Positions 1 through 10,230 of a stretch of DNA of 64,000 nt are shown here, one piece after another (the first letter of the stretch is position 1; every line of letters starts with the position of its first letter). A program made the translations under genes and the position numbers. The notes beneath the pieces are model-generated. The model searched no databases. It saw only the letters and a list, made by a program, of their open reading frames with translations, and had not been told where the DNA came from. This DNA is from a bacterium (GTDB taxonomy: Bacteria > Hydrothermota > UBA3072 > JAPDKE01): assembly GCA_029258725.1 (NCBI GenBank), contig JAPDKE010000012.1:17314-81313 (forward strand). The letters are read 5' to 3'.

Positions 1-230
1 ACCCATCCCCAGGAAAGGTCAAAGTAAGTTGTGTTGAACCCTGCCCGGTATGCATACTTCAGGAGTCTTTCCTTCCCGAGTTTTTTTCCCAGTTCTGCAA
101 AAAGGGGATTATTTGATATTCCAAAAGCCTTTGAAAGGGACATTTTCTTCTTATCGCACTTCTCCCATGCCTCTTTTATATATGAATGGGGGTAACCCCG
201 GTATTCAACCATGTCCTTCCTTCCGTACAT
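1..230 (-). CDS. hypothetical protein, 3' end off window (N-terminal 76 aa visible: MYGRKDMVEYRGYPHSYIKEAWEKC...)
   Basis: Minus-strand ORF starting ATG at 230 and running to window edge; AGAGGAG Shine-Dalgarno 5 nt upstream; host-like codon usage; not in supplied ORF track because truncated by edge. Confidence 0.35.
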   Translation of the reverse strand, partial: MYGRKDMVEYRGYPHSYIKEAWEKCDKKKMSLSKAFGISNNPLFAELGKKLGKERLLKYAYRAGFNTTYFDLSWGW

Positions 231-576
231 TTTCTCCTCTATCACCCCTGAAAGGGTTATAAATTTAAAAAGGGAGGCAAAAGGAAAATCGTTTCTTTCC
301 CATGCATCCGGAAGATTCCATTCTTCCAGAACCAGAACCCTTCCCGAGTGCACCTCAAGCAAAACAACACATCCTGCCCTGGGTCTGTAGTTTACAAAAA
401 ATTTTCTGACGTAGGCAGAAAGGGAATCATCCCTGCTTGAAAAGGGGGAATTTTTGAAAAAATCAATGGTATTGTATCTCTCGAGGAGAGAGAGTGAAAG
501 TGGAGGAAGAACAAATAGGAGATAGAATAAAAGTCTTCCTGTGATTCTCCTCACACGAATTTTATACATAAAATTA

Positions 577-605
577 TGGACAAATGCAAGGGAATGTGTT
601 AATAT
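577..605 (+). promoter_or_regulatory. sigma70-like promoter TGGACA-N17-TAATAT upstream of DUF2723 gene
   Basis: Hexamers read directly; 20 nt upstream of AAGGAGGTG SD and ATG 627. Confidence 0.4.
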
Positions 606-626
606 ATCCCAAAAAAAGGAGGTGGA

Positions 627-3458
627 ATGCAAAAGAGAAGGGATAAACTTGCAGGTTTTTTAATTGTCTTCTTCATTGTTTTTGCAGGTTACTTCTACAC
701 CCTTGCCCCCACCGTCTCCTTCTGGGACTGTGGGGAATTTATTGCATGTTCATACATCCTGGGTGTCCCCCATCCCCCGGGAACCCCTCTTGTGGTTCTG
801 GTTGGAAGAATCTTTACGCTCCTCCCCATATTCAGTGAGATAGCAAGAAGGGTCAATCTTGCATCTGCCCTGAGCGGCTCACTTGCTGCCGGATTTCTTT
901 ACCTCATAGTTGTAAAACTCTGGGAGCGGTGGAGGGGAAGCCCCTCTTTTCTGCACCATCTGGCAGCCGGAGCATGTGCAATTGCAGGAGCCTTCTCCTT
1001 CTCCGTATGGGACAGTTCTGTTGAGGCGGAGGTTTACTCTCCAAGCAACTTCCTTGTTGTCTTCATCCTCTGGCTTGGCCTGCTCTGGGAAGATAATCTT
1101 AAAAAACATGGAAGCAAAAACATCCTCTTTCTCATCCTTTACCTGGTATTTCTATCCATAGGTGTTCATCTCCTTCCCTTCCTTGCCTTTCCAGGATTGC
1201 TCATCTATATCCTCATAGTTGACCACGAAATCCACAGGGATAAAAAACTCGTTTACTTATTCCTTGCACTCTCAGGCGGAGCCCTCTTTTTTATGATAAT
1301 ATTGAAGGCTGCAGCAAATGTGCAGATTCTCCCCCTCATGCTTCTTCTCTCAGGACTCGTTTATACAGTCATTATAAACTTCAGGGACTTCGGAAGGGAA
1401 AAACCTCCGGTTATTACAAGAAACATATCCCTGTGTATCTTGCTCATATTCATTGCTGTCAGCACCTATGCCTATCTCATGATAAGGGCACACCTTGACC
1501 CTGATATAAACGAGGCAGAACCAACAACCTTCAAGGCACTATGGGCGGTATTCAATCGTGAACAGTACGGACCGATGCAGCTATTCCCCAGAAGGACATC
1601 CATTGAAACAGGACTATCTCTTATTCCTGCCTTCTGGGAGCAGATAAAGATATACCTCAAATACTTCTCCTGGCAGTATGTGCCATTCCCGAGAGAAGAC
1701 GTAAATACGGTTTTGAGATTTCTTTCGGTCATAGGGACCTATTTATATGTTTTCCTCGGAATCTTCGGAATGTGGGTCCATTACCGGGAGGATAAAAAGA
1801 CATTCTGGTATCTCTTCATAACCTACCTCCTGACAGGTCTCGGGCTTGTTGTATATCTCAATCTGAAATTCTCTCCAAGCGACCCGAATCCCGCACATAA
1901 ACCAAGGGAGGTGCGTGAAAGGGACTACTTCTTCTTAACCTCTTTCTTCCTCTTTGCGCTTTACATAGGGCATGCACTTGCATACCTTGCGGAAAAGGCG
2001 AAAGAGAAATGGGAAAAGAAAGAGGCGCTTTATCCCGTTTATGCAGGAATGGTTATTCTTGCATTCCTTCCTTTTATCTCAAACATAAAGTCCCACGTGA
2101 ACAGAAGAGGGAACTGGATGGCACATGATGTTGGATACAACATGCTCTCAACATGCAGGGAAAACTCCATTCTTTTCACCAACGGAGACAACGACACATT
2201 CCCGCTCTGGTTCTATCAGTTTGTCAAGAGATACAGGCTATTTGATGCGGAAGAGAAGAAAGGGGTGATAGTTGCAAATCTCTCATTGCTCAACACCTCC
2301 TGGTACATCAAGCAGTTAAAAAGAAGGGGTGTCCCGATGGACTTTGCATCAACCTTTGAGAATACAGTGTACCGGAGGAAATGGGAAGAGGCGAGAATGA
2401 CAGGAAAAACAGACAAAGACTTTGAGGAGTGGGTTATAGACCACCTCTATCCAACACGCTCTCTTGATGGAAAGATTCTGTATGTCAAAGATATGGCGAT
2501 AAGAAACATAATAGCAACTGCATGCGGAAGGAAACTTCCCTTTGAGGACATGATAGCCCCTGTTGATAGTTTTGTCAAGAAATACATCGAATCCGGGTTC
2601 AACCCCTCTGTGAACATATACTTCGCAGTCACGGTTTCAAAGGACAACAGACAAGGATACGAGGAGCATTTTGTTCTCGAAGGACTTGCATACAGGCTTG
2701 TTGAGGAAAAGGGGAAAAACATGATTGACTTTGCAAGGACGGAGAGCCTTCTTTACAACTTCAGATACACAAGCATATTTGACCCGAATGTGTATAAGGA
2801 TGACAATGCGAGAAGGATAATATCGAACTATGGCGCTGTCTTCTTCACCTTAGGAAATGGCTACAGAAGGAAAGTCATACCCGAAAGAAATTACTTTCTC
2901 ATGTACACCCGTGACCTTAAACTCAATCTCACCCCGGAGGAAAGGAAGTATCTCGAAAAAGCAAAGAAGGCATATCTTATGGGGATGAGGTTCCTTTCCG
3001 GAGACATAGCCCCATTTGTAATTGAACTCAAGGGTGTCCTCTGTCTCCTGGGAGAGTATGATGAGGCGGAGAAAATCCTGAAGGAGACAATAGCAACGAC
3101 AAAAAATCCTGAAGAACTTGCCTTTTACTACTCTTTGCTTGGTGATGTTTACTATGATAAGGGAGACATCCAGAAGTCTAAGCAGGCGTACACAAATACA
3201 CTCGAGATAAACCCCAAAGAAGAGAATGCCCTTGCAGGTTTGCTTGAAATTGCATGGTATAAGGAGAAGAACGAAACCGCGGCAAGAAAGTTTTTAAGGA
3301 AACTCATGAAGAATCCGGAAATATTCGCAAAGGTTATGAGATACTGTAACTTCAGACAGAAAAAAGACCTCCTCATTGCAGGCATTGAGGAGTGGTTAAA
3401 GGAGCATCCAGATGATAAAGAGGCTCGTCGCATGCTTGATAGTCTTCGCCGCATGTAA
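627..3458 (+). CDS. DUF2723-family multi-pass membrane protein (GT-C fold, PMT/TMEM260-like putative glycosyltransferase) with C-terminal TPR repeats
   Basis: 943 aa; about 10 hydrophobic helices in N-terminal 450 aa, early FWDCGEF motif typical of DUF2723; C-terminal helical TPR-like repeats (AFYYSLLGDVYYDKGDIQKSKQAY...); strong SD. Confidence 0.7.
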   Translation: MQKRRDKLAGFLIVFFIVFAGYFYTLAPTVSFWDCGEFIACSYILGVPHPPGTPLVVLVGRIFTLLPIFSEIARRVNLASALSGSLAAGFLYLIVVKLWERWRGSPSFLHHLAAGACAIAGAFSFSVWDSSVEAEVYSPSNFLVVFILWLGLLWEDNLKKHGSKNILFLILYLVFLSIGVHLLPFLAFPGLLIYILIVDHEIHRDKKLVYLFLALSGGALFFMIILKAAANVQILPLMLLLSGLVYTVIINFRDFGREKPPVITRNISLCILLIFIAVSTYAYLMIRAHLDPDINEAEPTTFKALWAVFNREQYGPMQLFPRRTSIETGLSLIPAFWEQIKIYLKYFSWQYVPFPREDVNTVLRFLSVIGTYLYVFLGIFGMWVHYREDKKTFWYLFITYLLTGLGLVVYLNLKFSPSDPNPAHKPREVRERDYFFLTSFFLFALYIGHALAYLAEKAKEKWEKKEALYPVYAGMVILAFLPFISNIKSHVNRRGNWMAHDVGYNMLSTCRENSILFTNGDNDTFPLWFYQFVKRYRLFDAEEKKGVIVANLSLLNTSWYIKQLKRRGVPMDFASTFENTVYRRKWEEARMTGKTDKDFEEWVIDHLYPTRSLDGKILYVKDMAIRNIIATACGRKLPFEDMIAPVDSFVKKYIESGFNPSVNIYFAVTVSKDNRQGYEEHFVLEGLAYRLVEEKGKNMIDFARTESLLYNFRYTSIFDPNVYKDDNARRIISNYGAVFFTLGNGYRRKVIPERNYFLMYTRDLKLNLTPEERKYLEKAKKAYLMGMRFLSGDIAPFVIELKGVLCLLGEYDEAEKILKETIATTKNPEELAFYYSLLGDVYYDKGDIQKSKQAYTNTLEINPKEENALAGLLEIAWYKEKNETAARKFLRKLMKNPEIFAKVMRYCNFRQKKDLLIAGIEEWLKEHPDDKEARRMLDSLRRM

Positions 3459-4365
3459 TCCCCTCCCCCATGCAGCAGGGAGAAGGGACCAGGTTGTTGT
3501 GGTTGCTCCGGATGGAGCCCCGGAAAAACTCTATGAGGTTGCAGAGAGTCTGCTTGCAAGAAGCCTCTTTCTTCCTTCCAGAGAAGAGGTTTTTGAGGTG
3601 ATAAGGGCGGGGCCCCGGGACCTTGAGCACTTCAAATTCTGGAGAAACCTTTTATTGCTTGGATGGAGGGGAACATATCTTGATACAGTTCTATCAGACA
3701 GTGCATGGGGAAATGTAAAAACCTCGGAACTGTTTGAGGAAAAGAACCTGTGGATAAACGGACAGGAGGTTCTCGTTCTTGCAGGAAAGGATGAAGAAAA
3801 TACGCTTAAGGGTTTGAGGAAATGGGGTGAGAGAATATACTACACCATAAGATACCGGGAAAGGGAAAGACTGGAATATGTGCTTTACAGGGATGGAGAA
3901 AATAAAGAATTAACAGAAAAGATGAGAAAAATGTATGGAGTATGGTTTAAGGTTCCACAGGGATACCGGCTTTCTGTTATGGACAGGAACATAATCTCGT
4001 TCATAAGGCAGTATCCTGCAAGGCTTGTTACACTTTACTTTGAAGAGGGAACAAGGGAATGGGACCCCCTGAAAAAGAGGGACGAGGTCTTTGAGATTTA
4101 CTTTGAGGGAGATAAAGTTTTGAGGGACCCGAAGTACCTTTCCTTTGAGGAAACAGAGATAGGTGGAATTCCTGCCCTGAGGATAATAGGAGTATGGCAG
4201 AACGAGGAAAAGGTGATGGGAGGCCCCTTTATTCTTTACTACTTCAAGGACGGTGTGAGGACCTATATACTGGATGGACACGTATTCTCTCCGGATAAGA
4301 AAAAATGGCCCTACATGGAGGAGGTTGACATAATCCTTCACACGTTTGAAAGGGAGTATGAATGA
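3412..4365 (+). CDS. hypothetical lipoprotein
   Basis: N-terminus MIKRLVACLIVFAAC = signal peptide with lipobox Cys; 47-nt overlap with upstream gene and ATGA overlap with moxR suggest operon. Confidence 0.6.
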   Translation: MIKRLVACLIVFAACNPLPHAAGRRDQVVVVAPDGAPEKLYEVAESLLARSLFLPSREEVFEVIRAGPRDLEHFKFWRNLLLLGWRGTYLDTVLSDSAWGNVKTSELFEEKNLWINGQEVLVLAGKDEENTLKGLRKWGERIYYTIRYRERERLEYVLYRDGENKELTEKMRKMYGVWFKVPQGYRLSVMDRNIISFIRQYPARLVTLYFEEGTREWDPLKKRDEVFEIYFEGDKVLRDPKYLSFEETEIGGIPALRIIGVWQNEEKVMGGPFILYYFKDGVRTYILDGHVFSPDKKKWPYMEEVDIILHTFEREYE

Positions 4366-5339
4366 GGGATAGGGAAAAACTGAAAAAACTCGGTGAGAAG
4401 GTAAAGGAGGCAAGAAAGGAACTGGATAAAGTCATTGTTGGACAGGCCGAGGTGAAAAAGATAGTTTTTACAGGAATCTTTGCTGGAGGGCATGTTATAA
4501 TCATAGGAGTCCCCGGTCTTGCAAAGACCCTGCTTGTGAATACCCTCTCTTCAATCCTGGGATTGAAATTCTCCAGAATTCAGTTCACCCCTGACCTTAT
4601 GCCCGGAGATATTACCGGAACGGATATAATTGAAGAGGACCCTGAAACCGGAAAAAGACACTTCAGGTTTGTAAAAGGACCGGTTTTTGCAAACCTTGTT
4701 CTTGCAGATGAGATAAACAGGGCCCCCCCGAAGACACAGTCTGCACTGCTTGAGGCAATGCAGGAGTACAGGGTAACATATGCAGGAAAGACCTTCAAAC
4801 TTGACTTACCCTTCTTTGTCATGGCGACCCAGAACCCAATAGAACTTGAAGGAACATATCCATTGCCGGAGGCACAGATTGACAGATTCATGTTCTCCAT
4901 AAACATAACCTATCCCTCCTATGAGGAGGAAATAGAGGTGGTTGAGCGGACAACAGGGGAGAGGATTCCTCAGGTGAAAAAGGTGATGAGCAAAAAGGAA
5001 ATACTGGATTTTCAGCGTCTCATAAGAAGGATTCCGGTATCAAAAGAGGTAATTGAGTATGCGGTGAAACTGGTTAACGAATCAAGACCCGAAAGAACAA
5101 AATTTGATATGGTGAAAAAATATGTGAGATGGGGGGCAAGCCCAAGGGCATCCCAGTATTTGATTCTGGGAGCAAAAACCCTTGCAGGGCTTTCGGGGAG
5201 ACCCACCCCATCCCTTACAGATGTGCGCTCCATTGCACATTACGTTCTTGACCACCGGATAATAGTAAACTTTCTTGGAGAGGCGGAGGGGATTAAACCA
5301 GAAAACATCGTTGACTTCCTGCTTGAAAATGTTCATTAG
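4362..5339 (+). CDS. MoxR-family AAA+ ATPase
   Basis: Walker A GVPGLAKT, Walker B LADEINRAPPKTQSALLEAMQE, 325 aa typical MoxR length. Confidence 0.9.
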   Translation: MRDREKLKKLGEKVKEARKELDKVIVGQAEVKKIVFTGIFAGGHVIIIGVPGLAKTLLVNTLSSILGLKFSRIQFTPDLMPGDITGTDIIEEDPETGKRHFRFVKGPVFANLVLADEINRAPPKTQSALLEAMQEYRVTYAGKTFKLDLPFFVMATQNPIELEGTYPLPEAQIDRFMFSINITYPSYEEEIEVVERTTGERIPQVKKVMSKKEILDFQRLIRRIPVSKEVIEYAVKLVNESRPERTKFDMVKKYVRWGASPRASQYLILGAKTLAGLSGRPTPSLTDVRSIAHYVLDHRIIVNFLGEAEGIKPENIVDFLLENVH

Positions 5340-6480
5340 GATTCCATCCTCCCTTGAGATCCTGAAGAGAATAGGGGCCATAGGGGGGAAAAGGGGAATA
5401 AGAATCTATCTCGTTGGAGGTCCGGTAAGGGATATTATTCTGGGAAAAACATCCATTGACCTGGACCTTGTTTCGGAAACACCCGCCCAGCAGGTTGCAT
5501 CCATTCTTGCAGATGAACTCAAAGGAAAGGTGACCTTCTTCCCTGAATTTCTCACAGCAAGGATTGAGTGGGAGGAAGGAACGATTGATGTTGCAACTGC
5601 AAGAAGGGAATACTATCCGGTTCCGGCTGCACTCCCCGAGGTTATACCGGCAACCATGAGGGAAGATTTGAAAAGGAGGGACTTCACCATAAACGCAATG
5701 GCTCTTTCCCTCCATCCCGATAACTTCGGAGAGCTGTTTGATCCATTTGGTGGATATGAAGATTTAAAGGAAGGGGTTATAAGATTTCTTCATCCAAAGA
5801 GCTTTGTGGATGACCCCACAAGAATTCTCAGGGGATTGAGGTTTTCTGCAAGGTTTGGATTCAGGTTTGAGGAAACAACGGAAAGACATATAAAAAAAGA
5901 CAAAGATGGTTTATTGCTTATATCAGGAGAAAGGAGAAGAAAGGAAGTAAGGCTTTTACTGAGGGAGGGATTGCCAGCCATAAGATTGCTTGAAAAATAC
6001 GAACTTTTACCCTTGCTTGGATTTTCCTCCCTCCATTGCATAAATCCTCCTGAAGATGCACAGAAACTCTTCTCCCTCTCAGACCCCTGGTTCTTTTATT
6101 TCATCCTCTTAACGTGGGAAAAGGAAATTTCACTGCTTGAGAGACTGTACTGCCTGAGGAAGGAGGAAAGGGAAGAGATAATAAAGACAAGAAAAATTGT
6201 GGAACTTGAGGATGAGAAGGAAATCGTTCTTTCAATGAGGGGGCTTTCTCCGGCTGCCCTTGCCACTCTCTATGCAAAAGGTGTAACACTTTCCCTTGAC
6301 TTTTTCAAAAAAATTGATACCTTAAAAGTAGAGACCTCCGGGGGGGAGATAGTTCAGAAAGGTTTCCAGGGAAGAGAAATAGGCAGGATACTTGAGGAGC
6401 TTTTCTATCTCAGGTTTAAAGGTATTGTAAGAACGAAGGAGGATGAGGAGAGATGGATAGAACGCTTAAAGAAAGGGTAG
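5329..6480 (+). CDS. cca: tRNA nucleotidyltransferase / poly(A) polymerase family (CCA- or CC/A-adding enzyme, head domain, no HD domain)
   Basis: GGPVRDIILGKTSIDLDLV and RRDFTINAMA motifs of class II nucleotidyltransferases; start placed at MFIRIP (5329) overlapping moxR stop. Confidence 0.8.
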   Translation: MFIRIPSSLEILKRIGAIGGKRGIRIYLVGGPVRDIILGKTSIDLDLVSETPAQQVASILADELKGKVTFFPEFLTARIEWEEGTIDVATARREYYPVPAALPEVIPATMREDLKRRDFTINAMALSLHPDNFGELFDPFGGYEDLKEGVIRFLHPKSFVDDPTRILRGLRFSARFGFRFEETTERHIKKDKDGLLLISGERRRKEVRLLLREGLPAIRLLEKYELLPLLGFSSLHCINPPEDAQKLFSLSDPWFFYFILLTWEKEISLLERLYCLRKEEREEIIKTRKIVELEDEKEIVLSMRGLSPAALATLYAKGVTLSLDFFKKIDTLKVETSGGEIVQKGFQGREIGRILEELFYLRFKGIVRTKEDEERWIERLKKG

Positions 6481-7503
6481 AGGACCTCGGGAGGTATCTT
6501 TGAGATAGAAAAGAAAAAGGAAAAACTCTCCTCCCTGGAGGAGGAGGCATCCTCTCCCTCTTTCTGGAACGACAGGGAACACGCACAGAAGGTTTTAAAG
6601 GAAATAAAGGAACTCAAGGAAGTTATTGAAAGGTGGGAATATCTCCACGGTGAGATAGAGGCACTGGAAGAACTGGGAGGGGGGGAGGAGCTTGCCGGGG
6701 AAAAAAAGAGGCTGGAAAAGGAGCTTTCCGATTTTGAACTCAAAGTCCTTCTCAGTGACCCTGCGGACAAAAAAGATGCAATTCTCACAATCCATCCAGG
6801 AGCAGGAGGGACCGAGTCCTGCGACTGGGCTTCCATGCTTTTGAGGATGTATCTCAGGTGGATGGAGAGGAAGGGATATTCCTATAAAATAGTGGACCTC
6901 CAGCCAGGAGAGGAGGCAGGGATAAAGGATGCAACCGTGGAGGTGAGAGGACCCTATGCCTACGGATTCTTAAAGGCAGAAAGGGGAGTGCACAGGCTTG
7001 TGAGAATCTCTCCATTTGATGCAAATAAAAGAAGGCACACATCGTTTGCCTCGGTTTTTGTGTATCCCATGGTTGATGAGGATATAGAGATAGAGATAAA
7101 GGATGGTGATATAAAGATGGAGACCTTCAGGTCATCAGGTCCAGGTGGGCAGAATGTGAATAAGGTCAATACTGCGGTAAGGCTCATTCACATACCAACC
7201 GGTATAACCGTTGTATCCCGTTCCGAGCGCTCACAGTACCAGAACCGCCAGATTGCGATGAGGATTTTAAAGGCAAAACTCTATCAGCTTGAACTTGAAA
7301 AAAGGGAAAGGGAAAAGAAAGAGCTTGAGAAGGAAAAGACAGAAATTGCATGGGGAAACCAGATAAGGTCTTATGTATTTCATCCATATCACCTGGTCAA
7401 GGACCACAGAACAGGAGTTGAGGTGGGGGATGTTGAGAGGGTGATGGATGGGGATATAGATGTATTCATTGAGGCATATTTAAAACTCGGGAGGAAAAAG
7501 TGA
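6453..7503 (+). CDS. prfB: peptide chain release factor 2 with programmed +1 frameshift (frame 0: 6453..6500 [16 protein letters not shown], then +1 from 6502)
   Basis: CTT TGA G at 6498-6504 preceded by GGGAGG (6489-6494); +1 frame continues [29 protein letters not shown]...; GGQ motif ([11 protein letters not shown]); supplied ORF 6835..7503 is only the part after the first in-frame Met. Confidence 0.9.
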
Positions 7504-8495
7504 GGGCGATGGTCCTGCATGAGCCAAAACCCGCGGAGGAAAATCCTTTAAGACTTGAGGATGTTCCTGTTCCTGAACCGGGTGATAGAGAAATAAGGGT
7601 AAAGATAACCTACTGCGGTGTATGCCACACAGACCTCCATACGGTTGAGGGAGAAATAAAGGCAAAACTGCCGGTAATTCCGGGGCATGAGATCGTTGGT
7701 GTTGTTGATAAGAAGGGAAAAAATGCAAATAGATTTGAGATGGGCGAGAGGGTTGGGATAGCATGGCTTAATTATACCTGCGGAGAATGCGAGTACTGCA
7801 AAAAGGGAATGGAAAATCTGTGTCCGAATGCAAGATTTACAGGATTTCATGTTAATGGTGGATATGCCGAGTATACCATAATTCACGAGGATTTCGCATA
7901 TAAGATTCCATCTCTTTTCCCCGACGAACATGCCCCACCACTTCTCTGTGCAGGGATAGTGGGATACAGGGCGTATAAACTAACAGAGCCCAGGAGGGGG
8001 GATAAACTTGCAATATTTGGATTTGGTGCATCCGCAGCCATAGCAATCCAGATAGCAATATACATGGGGCTTGAGGTTTATGTTTTTACAAGAAATCCTG
8101 AAAGAAGAAAACTTGCTGAATTCCTCGGGGCTTCATGGACAGGTGACTACAATGATACCCCTCCTTCAAAATATGAAAGGTGTGTTGTGTACACACCTGC
8201 AGGCTGGATGGTTCCGGTTGCACTTGAGCATTTGAAACCTGGAGGGGTTGTATCCCTCGGCGGGATATACATGACAGAGATTCCACCCATGGACTACGAG
8301 CGGCACCTCTACTACGAAAAGAAACTTCTTTCAACCACTGCGGCAACACGGAAGGACGGAGAAGAACTCATGGAACTTGCAGGAAAGATTCCGATAAGGA
8401 CCCACACACAGGTATTTGGACTTGAGGAAGCAAACGAGGTCCTGAAGATTTTAAAGAAAAGACAACTTAAAGCAACGGGGGTTTTGAAGATATGA
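7500..8495 (+). CDS. zinc-dependent alcohol dehydrogenase family oxidoreductase
   Basis: CGVCHTDLH and GHEIVGVV motifs; GTG start 6 nt after GGGAGG. Confidence 0.8.
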   Translation: MRAMVLHEPKPAEENPLRLEDVPVPEPGDREIRVKITYCGVCHTDLHTVEGEIKAKLPVIPGHEIVGVVDKKGKNANRFEMGERVGIAWLNYTCGECEYCKKGMENLCPNARFTGFHVNGGYAEYTIIHEDFAYKIPSLFPDEHAPPLLCAGIVGYRAYKLTEPRRGDKLAIFGFGASAAIAIQIAIYMGLEVYVFTRNPERRKLAEFLGASWTGDYNDTPPSKYERCVVYTPAGWMVPVALEHLKPGGVVSLGGIYMTEIPPMDYERHLYYEKKLLSTTAATRKDGEELMELAGKIPIRTHTQVFGLEEANEVLKILKKRQLKATGVLKI

Positions 8496-9136
8496 TACAC
8501 GAGACAGCCATAATCTACCCCGGGGTTGAACTCGGGGAAAACTGTTTTATAGGTGAATATGTTGTCATAGGCTATCCGCCGAGGGGGAGAAGGCCGGGAG
8601 AGTTGAAAACCACTATAGGTAAAAACGCGGTTATAAGACCCTTTACCATCATCTATGCAGGGACCGTGATAGGGGACAACTTCCAGACAGGGAAGGGTGC
8701 ATCCATAAGGGAGGATAACATCATAGGGGATGATGTTGTTGTGGGAACCCACTCGGTTCTTGAACACGGAAATAGAATAGGAAACAGGGTGAGAATACAC
8801 TCACAGTGCTTCCTTGAACTTGCGACGATTGAGGATGATGTTTTCATAGGTCCGGGGGTTATATTTACCGACGACCCCCATCCTCCATGCCCGAGATATA
8901 AGGAGTGTGTTGGTGGGGTTACGGTAAGGAGGCTTGCAAAGATTGGAGGAGGAGTTCTTGTTCTTCCAGGTGTAACGATTGGGGAAGGTGCACTTGTCGG
9001 AGGTGGAAGTGTGGTGACCCGGGATGTTCCTCCTTTTTCGGTCGTGTACGGTAATCCTGCACGGGTGAGAAAAAGGATAGATGAGCTTGAATGCTTCAGG
9101 GGATTTTACAGGAGGGTTTACGAATGGCAGGAATGA
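8492..9136 (+). CDS. left-handed beta-helix (hexapeptide) sugar N-acetyltransferase, WbpD/PglD-like
   Basis: Repeated [LIV]G-x4 hexapeptides throughout; ATGA overlap with ADH. Confidence 0.7.
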   Translation: MIHETAIIYPGVELGENCFIGEYVVIGYPPRGRRPGELKTTIGKNAVIRPFTIIYAGTVIGDNFQTGKGASIREDNIIGDDVVVGTHSVLEHGNRIGNRVRIHSQCFLELATIEDDVFIGPGVIFTDDPHPPCPRYKECVGGVTVRRLAKIGGGVLVLPGVTIGEGALVGGGSVVTRDVPPFSVVYGNPARVRKRIDELECFRGFYRRVYEWQE

Positions 9137-10230
9137 TACCACTGGTTGATGTCAAGGCACAGTGGGAAGAGGTGAAGGAGGAGGTTCTTTCAGGATGGAA
9201 TGAGGTGCTTGAGACATGTAATCTTTTCTTAGGACCGAATGTCCAGGCATTTGAGCAGGAGTTTGCCTCCTTCTGCGGTGTTAAATTTGCAAAGGGAATT
9301 GCATCCGGAACCGATGCCCTGACCCTTGCACTCAAGGCGGTTGGAGTTGAAGGGAAAGAGGTTATTCTTCCTTCTCTCACGTTCTTTGCCACCGCAGAGG
9401 CTGTGGTGATGGCGGGTGGGATACCGGTTTTCGCAGAGATTGAGGAGAAAAATTACTGCATCTCACCCGAGGATGTTGAAAGGAAGATAACGGATAAGAC
9501 GAGAGCAGTGATTGTTGTTCACCTTTACGGTCACCCTGCACCGGTTGAGAAGATAAAGGAAATAATCGGGGAAAGGGAGATCTACATAATTGAGGACTCT
9601 GCACAGGCGCATGGAAGCAGAAGGGATGGGAAGATAACAGGAGGCATGGGGAATATAGCGGCATTCAGCTTCTACATCTCAAAGAATCTATCCGCACTTG
9701 GAGAAGCAGGATGCATAACCACAAATTCCCGGGAACTTGCGGACCGCATTGAACTTTTAAGGAACCACGGGCAGGTTTCAAAATATGAGCACATTCTCAT
9801 AGGAACGAACTCAAGACTTGATGAACTTCAGGCAGTGGTTTTAAGAGCAAAGCTTAAAAGGCTTGAGGAGTGGAACGAAAAGAGACAGAGAATAGCACAA
9901 TTTTACCTCCAGGAACTTAAAGACCTTCCGGTCATACTTCCAGAGATTGAATCCGGATGCACACACACATGGCATCTTTTCGTGGTAAGGACCGAAAGAA
10001 GGGATGGGCTTTTTGATTATTTAAGAAAGAAAGGCATAGGATGCGGAATACACTATAAGGTTCCCTGCCATCTCCAGCCCCCTATGCGAGAGTATGGATA
10101 TAAAGAAGGTATGCTACCTTTAACCGAAAGGATAACACAGGAGGTTCTGAGTCTTCCCATATATCCACACCTGAAAGAAGAGGATGCAGGAAGGGTTGTT
10201 GAAGAAATAAGGAGGTTTTTCAATGGATAG
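9133..10230 (+). CDS. DegT/DnrJ/EryC1/StrS family PLP-dependent sugar aminotransferase (WbpE-like)
   Basis: N-terminus MIPLVDVKAQW typical of family; start chosen at ATGA overlap (9133). Confidence 0.8.
   Translation: MIPLVDVKAQWEEVKEEVLSGWNEVLETCNLFLGPNVQAFEQEFASFCGVKFAKGIASGTDALTLALKAVGVEGKEVILPSLTFFATAEAVVMAGGIPVFAEIEEKNYCISPEDVERKITDKTRAVIVVHLYGHPAPVEKIKEIIGEREIYIIEDSAQAHGSRRDGKITGGMGNIAAFSFYISKNLSALGEAGCITTNSRELADRIELLRNHGQVSKYEHILIGTNSRLDELQAVVLRAKLKRLEEWNEKRQRIAQFYLQELKDLPVILPEIESGCTHTWHLFVVRTERRDGLFDYLRKKGIGCGIHYKVPCHLQPPMREYGYKEGMLPLTERITQEVLSLPIYPHLKEEDAGRVVEEIRRFFNG

Noticed and set aside
50-262. 70-aa + strand ORF
   Set aside because: Pro/Ser-rich junk translation; opposite strand has a better ORF with SD running off the window edge.
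341-356. 16-nt match (CCCGAGTGCACCTCAA) to the IS remnant at 27384
   Set aside because: Single 16-mer without flanking similarity or TIR; could be chance in 64 kb.
6835-7503. RF2 as a 222-aa protein starting at 6835
   Set aside because: This is only the post-frameshift portion downstream of the first Met; the full gene starts at 6453 with +1 frameshift.
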